Of a DNA stretch of 64,000 nucleotides, positions 63,061 through 64,000 are shown piece by piece. The position numbers were made by a program, and so were the translations under genes. The notes beneath the pieces were generated by a model. The model was not told the origin of the DNA and did not search any database. It worked only from the letters and a program-made list of their open reading frames with translations. Source of the DNA: Azolla caroliniana (taxonomy: Eukaryota; Plantae; Polypodiophyta); NCBI GenBank assembly GCA_043228905.1, contig JBHGNT010000014.1:17980001-18044000 (forward strand), given 5' to 3'. Positions within the stretch are counted from its first letter, which is position 1, and every line of letters starts with the position of its first letter.

Positions 63061-63944
63061 TGTTGGGAGACAGGTCCCTTCGGATGGGAAGAGAGAAGAA
63101 CAGTGCCGATGAACAAACTTGGCCGAGGCCGATAGGCCGAGGCCAAAACCGGGTGAGGAGTACCCGGCTACGGAGAGCCGAATGGTGCAGACTCGGTGAG
63201 AACCGGATGAGGAGTATCTGGCTATGGAGAGCTGGATGACGCAGACCCGGTGAGAACCGGATGAGGAGTACCCGGCTACGGAGAGCCAGATGACGCAGAC
63301 CCGGTGAGAACCGGATGAGTAGTACCCGACTACAGAGAGCTGAATGGTGCAGACCTGGTGAGATCCGAATGAGGAGTACCCGGCTACGGAGAGCCGGATG
63401 GTGCAGACCCGGTGAGATCCGGATGAGGAGTACCAGGCTACGGAGAGCCGGATGGTGCAAACCCGGTGAGAACCGGATGAAGAGACATATTCATAAATAT
63501 GTTTCTGAGAGTCCATCGAGGCTATATTTGTAAATAGCCGAAAAGTCATATTAGTATAAATATGACTTAGGGCAAACTTTGAGTGACTGTTGGTGGTTGT
63601 CATTTTCTTGTTGGTGCTAGAAGAAGAGAGAGCACGTAACAGTGTACAGAGAGAGAGAGAGAGAGAAAGAGGTCGCTGCCTCTGTTGTAACCGCCGCCTG
63701 TGGCGAAGATCGTGAGCACGAGGTCGTTGCCTCCGTGAACTCACTGTTTGTACATTCAAACATAGTGATAGTTTGCAGCCTGTGGGCTGCCGTGGTTTTT
63801 TCCCTAGTTTGGGTTTTCCACGTAAACATCCTGTGCACTTTTTCTCTCCTTTGTGTCGTGTTTTTCCGTTTCCTGTTTTCTGTGTATGATCCTAAGCTTG
63901 GTTGTGGCCGAGCGTTGCGTATAGGGAGCGTTCAGTTCTCGTCA
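63061..63944 (+). mobile_element. Copia solo LTR (884 bp), TSD GTTAT, containing a 54-bp tandem array (~63150-63480)
   Basis: TGTTGGG...TCGTCA; GTTAT on both sides; AAATATGACTTAGGGCAA motif shared with the intact Copia LTR. Confidence 0.92.
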
Positions 63945-64000
63945 GTTATCTCTATAATGCATGGGAATCCTGTAGGGAAGCTCGAGCAGAGAGACAACGG

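Overview
This is eukaryotic land-plant DNA; a non-seed plant such as a fern or lycophyte is an inference from the TE repertoire. The first ~45 kb is a nest of retroelements. The scaffold is an RTE-X-type LINE (13.2-38.0 kb) split by four LTR insertions. The largest is a gag-only non-autonomous element (16012-33502), which itself contains a near-complete fungal-type (Ylt1-like) Ty3/Gypsy (18695-25406) and a very young intact Ty1/Copia (25797-31111). The fungal-type Gypsy family shows a coherent, unusual set of features: a tRNA-Trp PBS, 4-bp TSDs centred on CpG/YR, LTRs starting TGTCGTGAAGA, a covarying hairpin before the PPT, and a -1 frameshift signal (GGATTTT plus a covarying H-type pseudoknot) placed after the protease. 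A second Gypsy (38780-43692, minus) has a copy of a tRNA-Arg 3' end where its PPT should be. The last 19 kb holds two divergently oriented host genes, a 6-exon glutamate receptor-like channel (GLR, minus) and a 5-exon calcyclin-binding protein (CacyBP/SIP, plus), with micro- and minisatellites, a tRNA-Thr-derived SINE-like relic and a Copia solo LTR. All calls were made by eye, without database searches.
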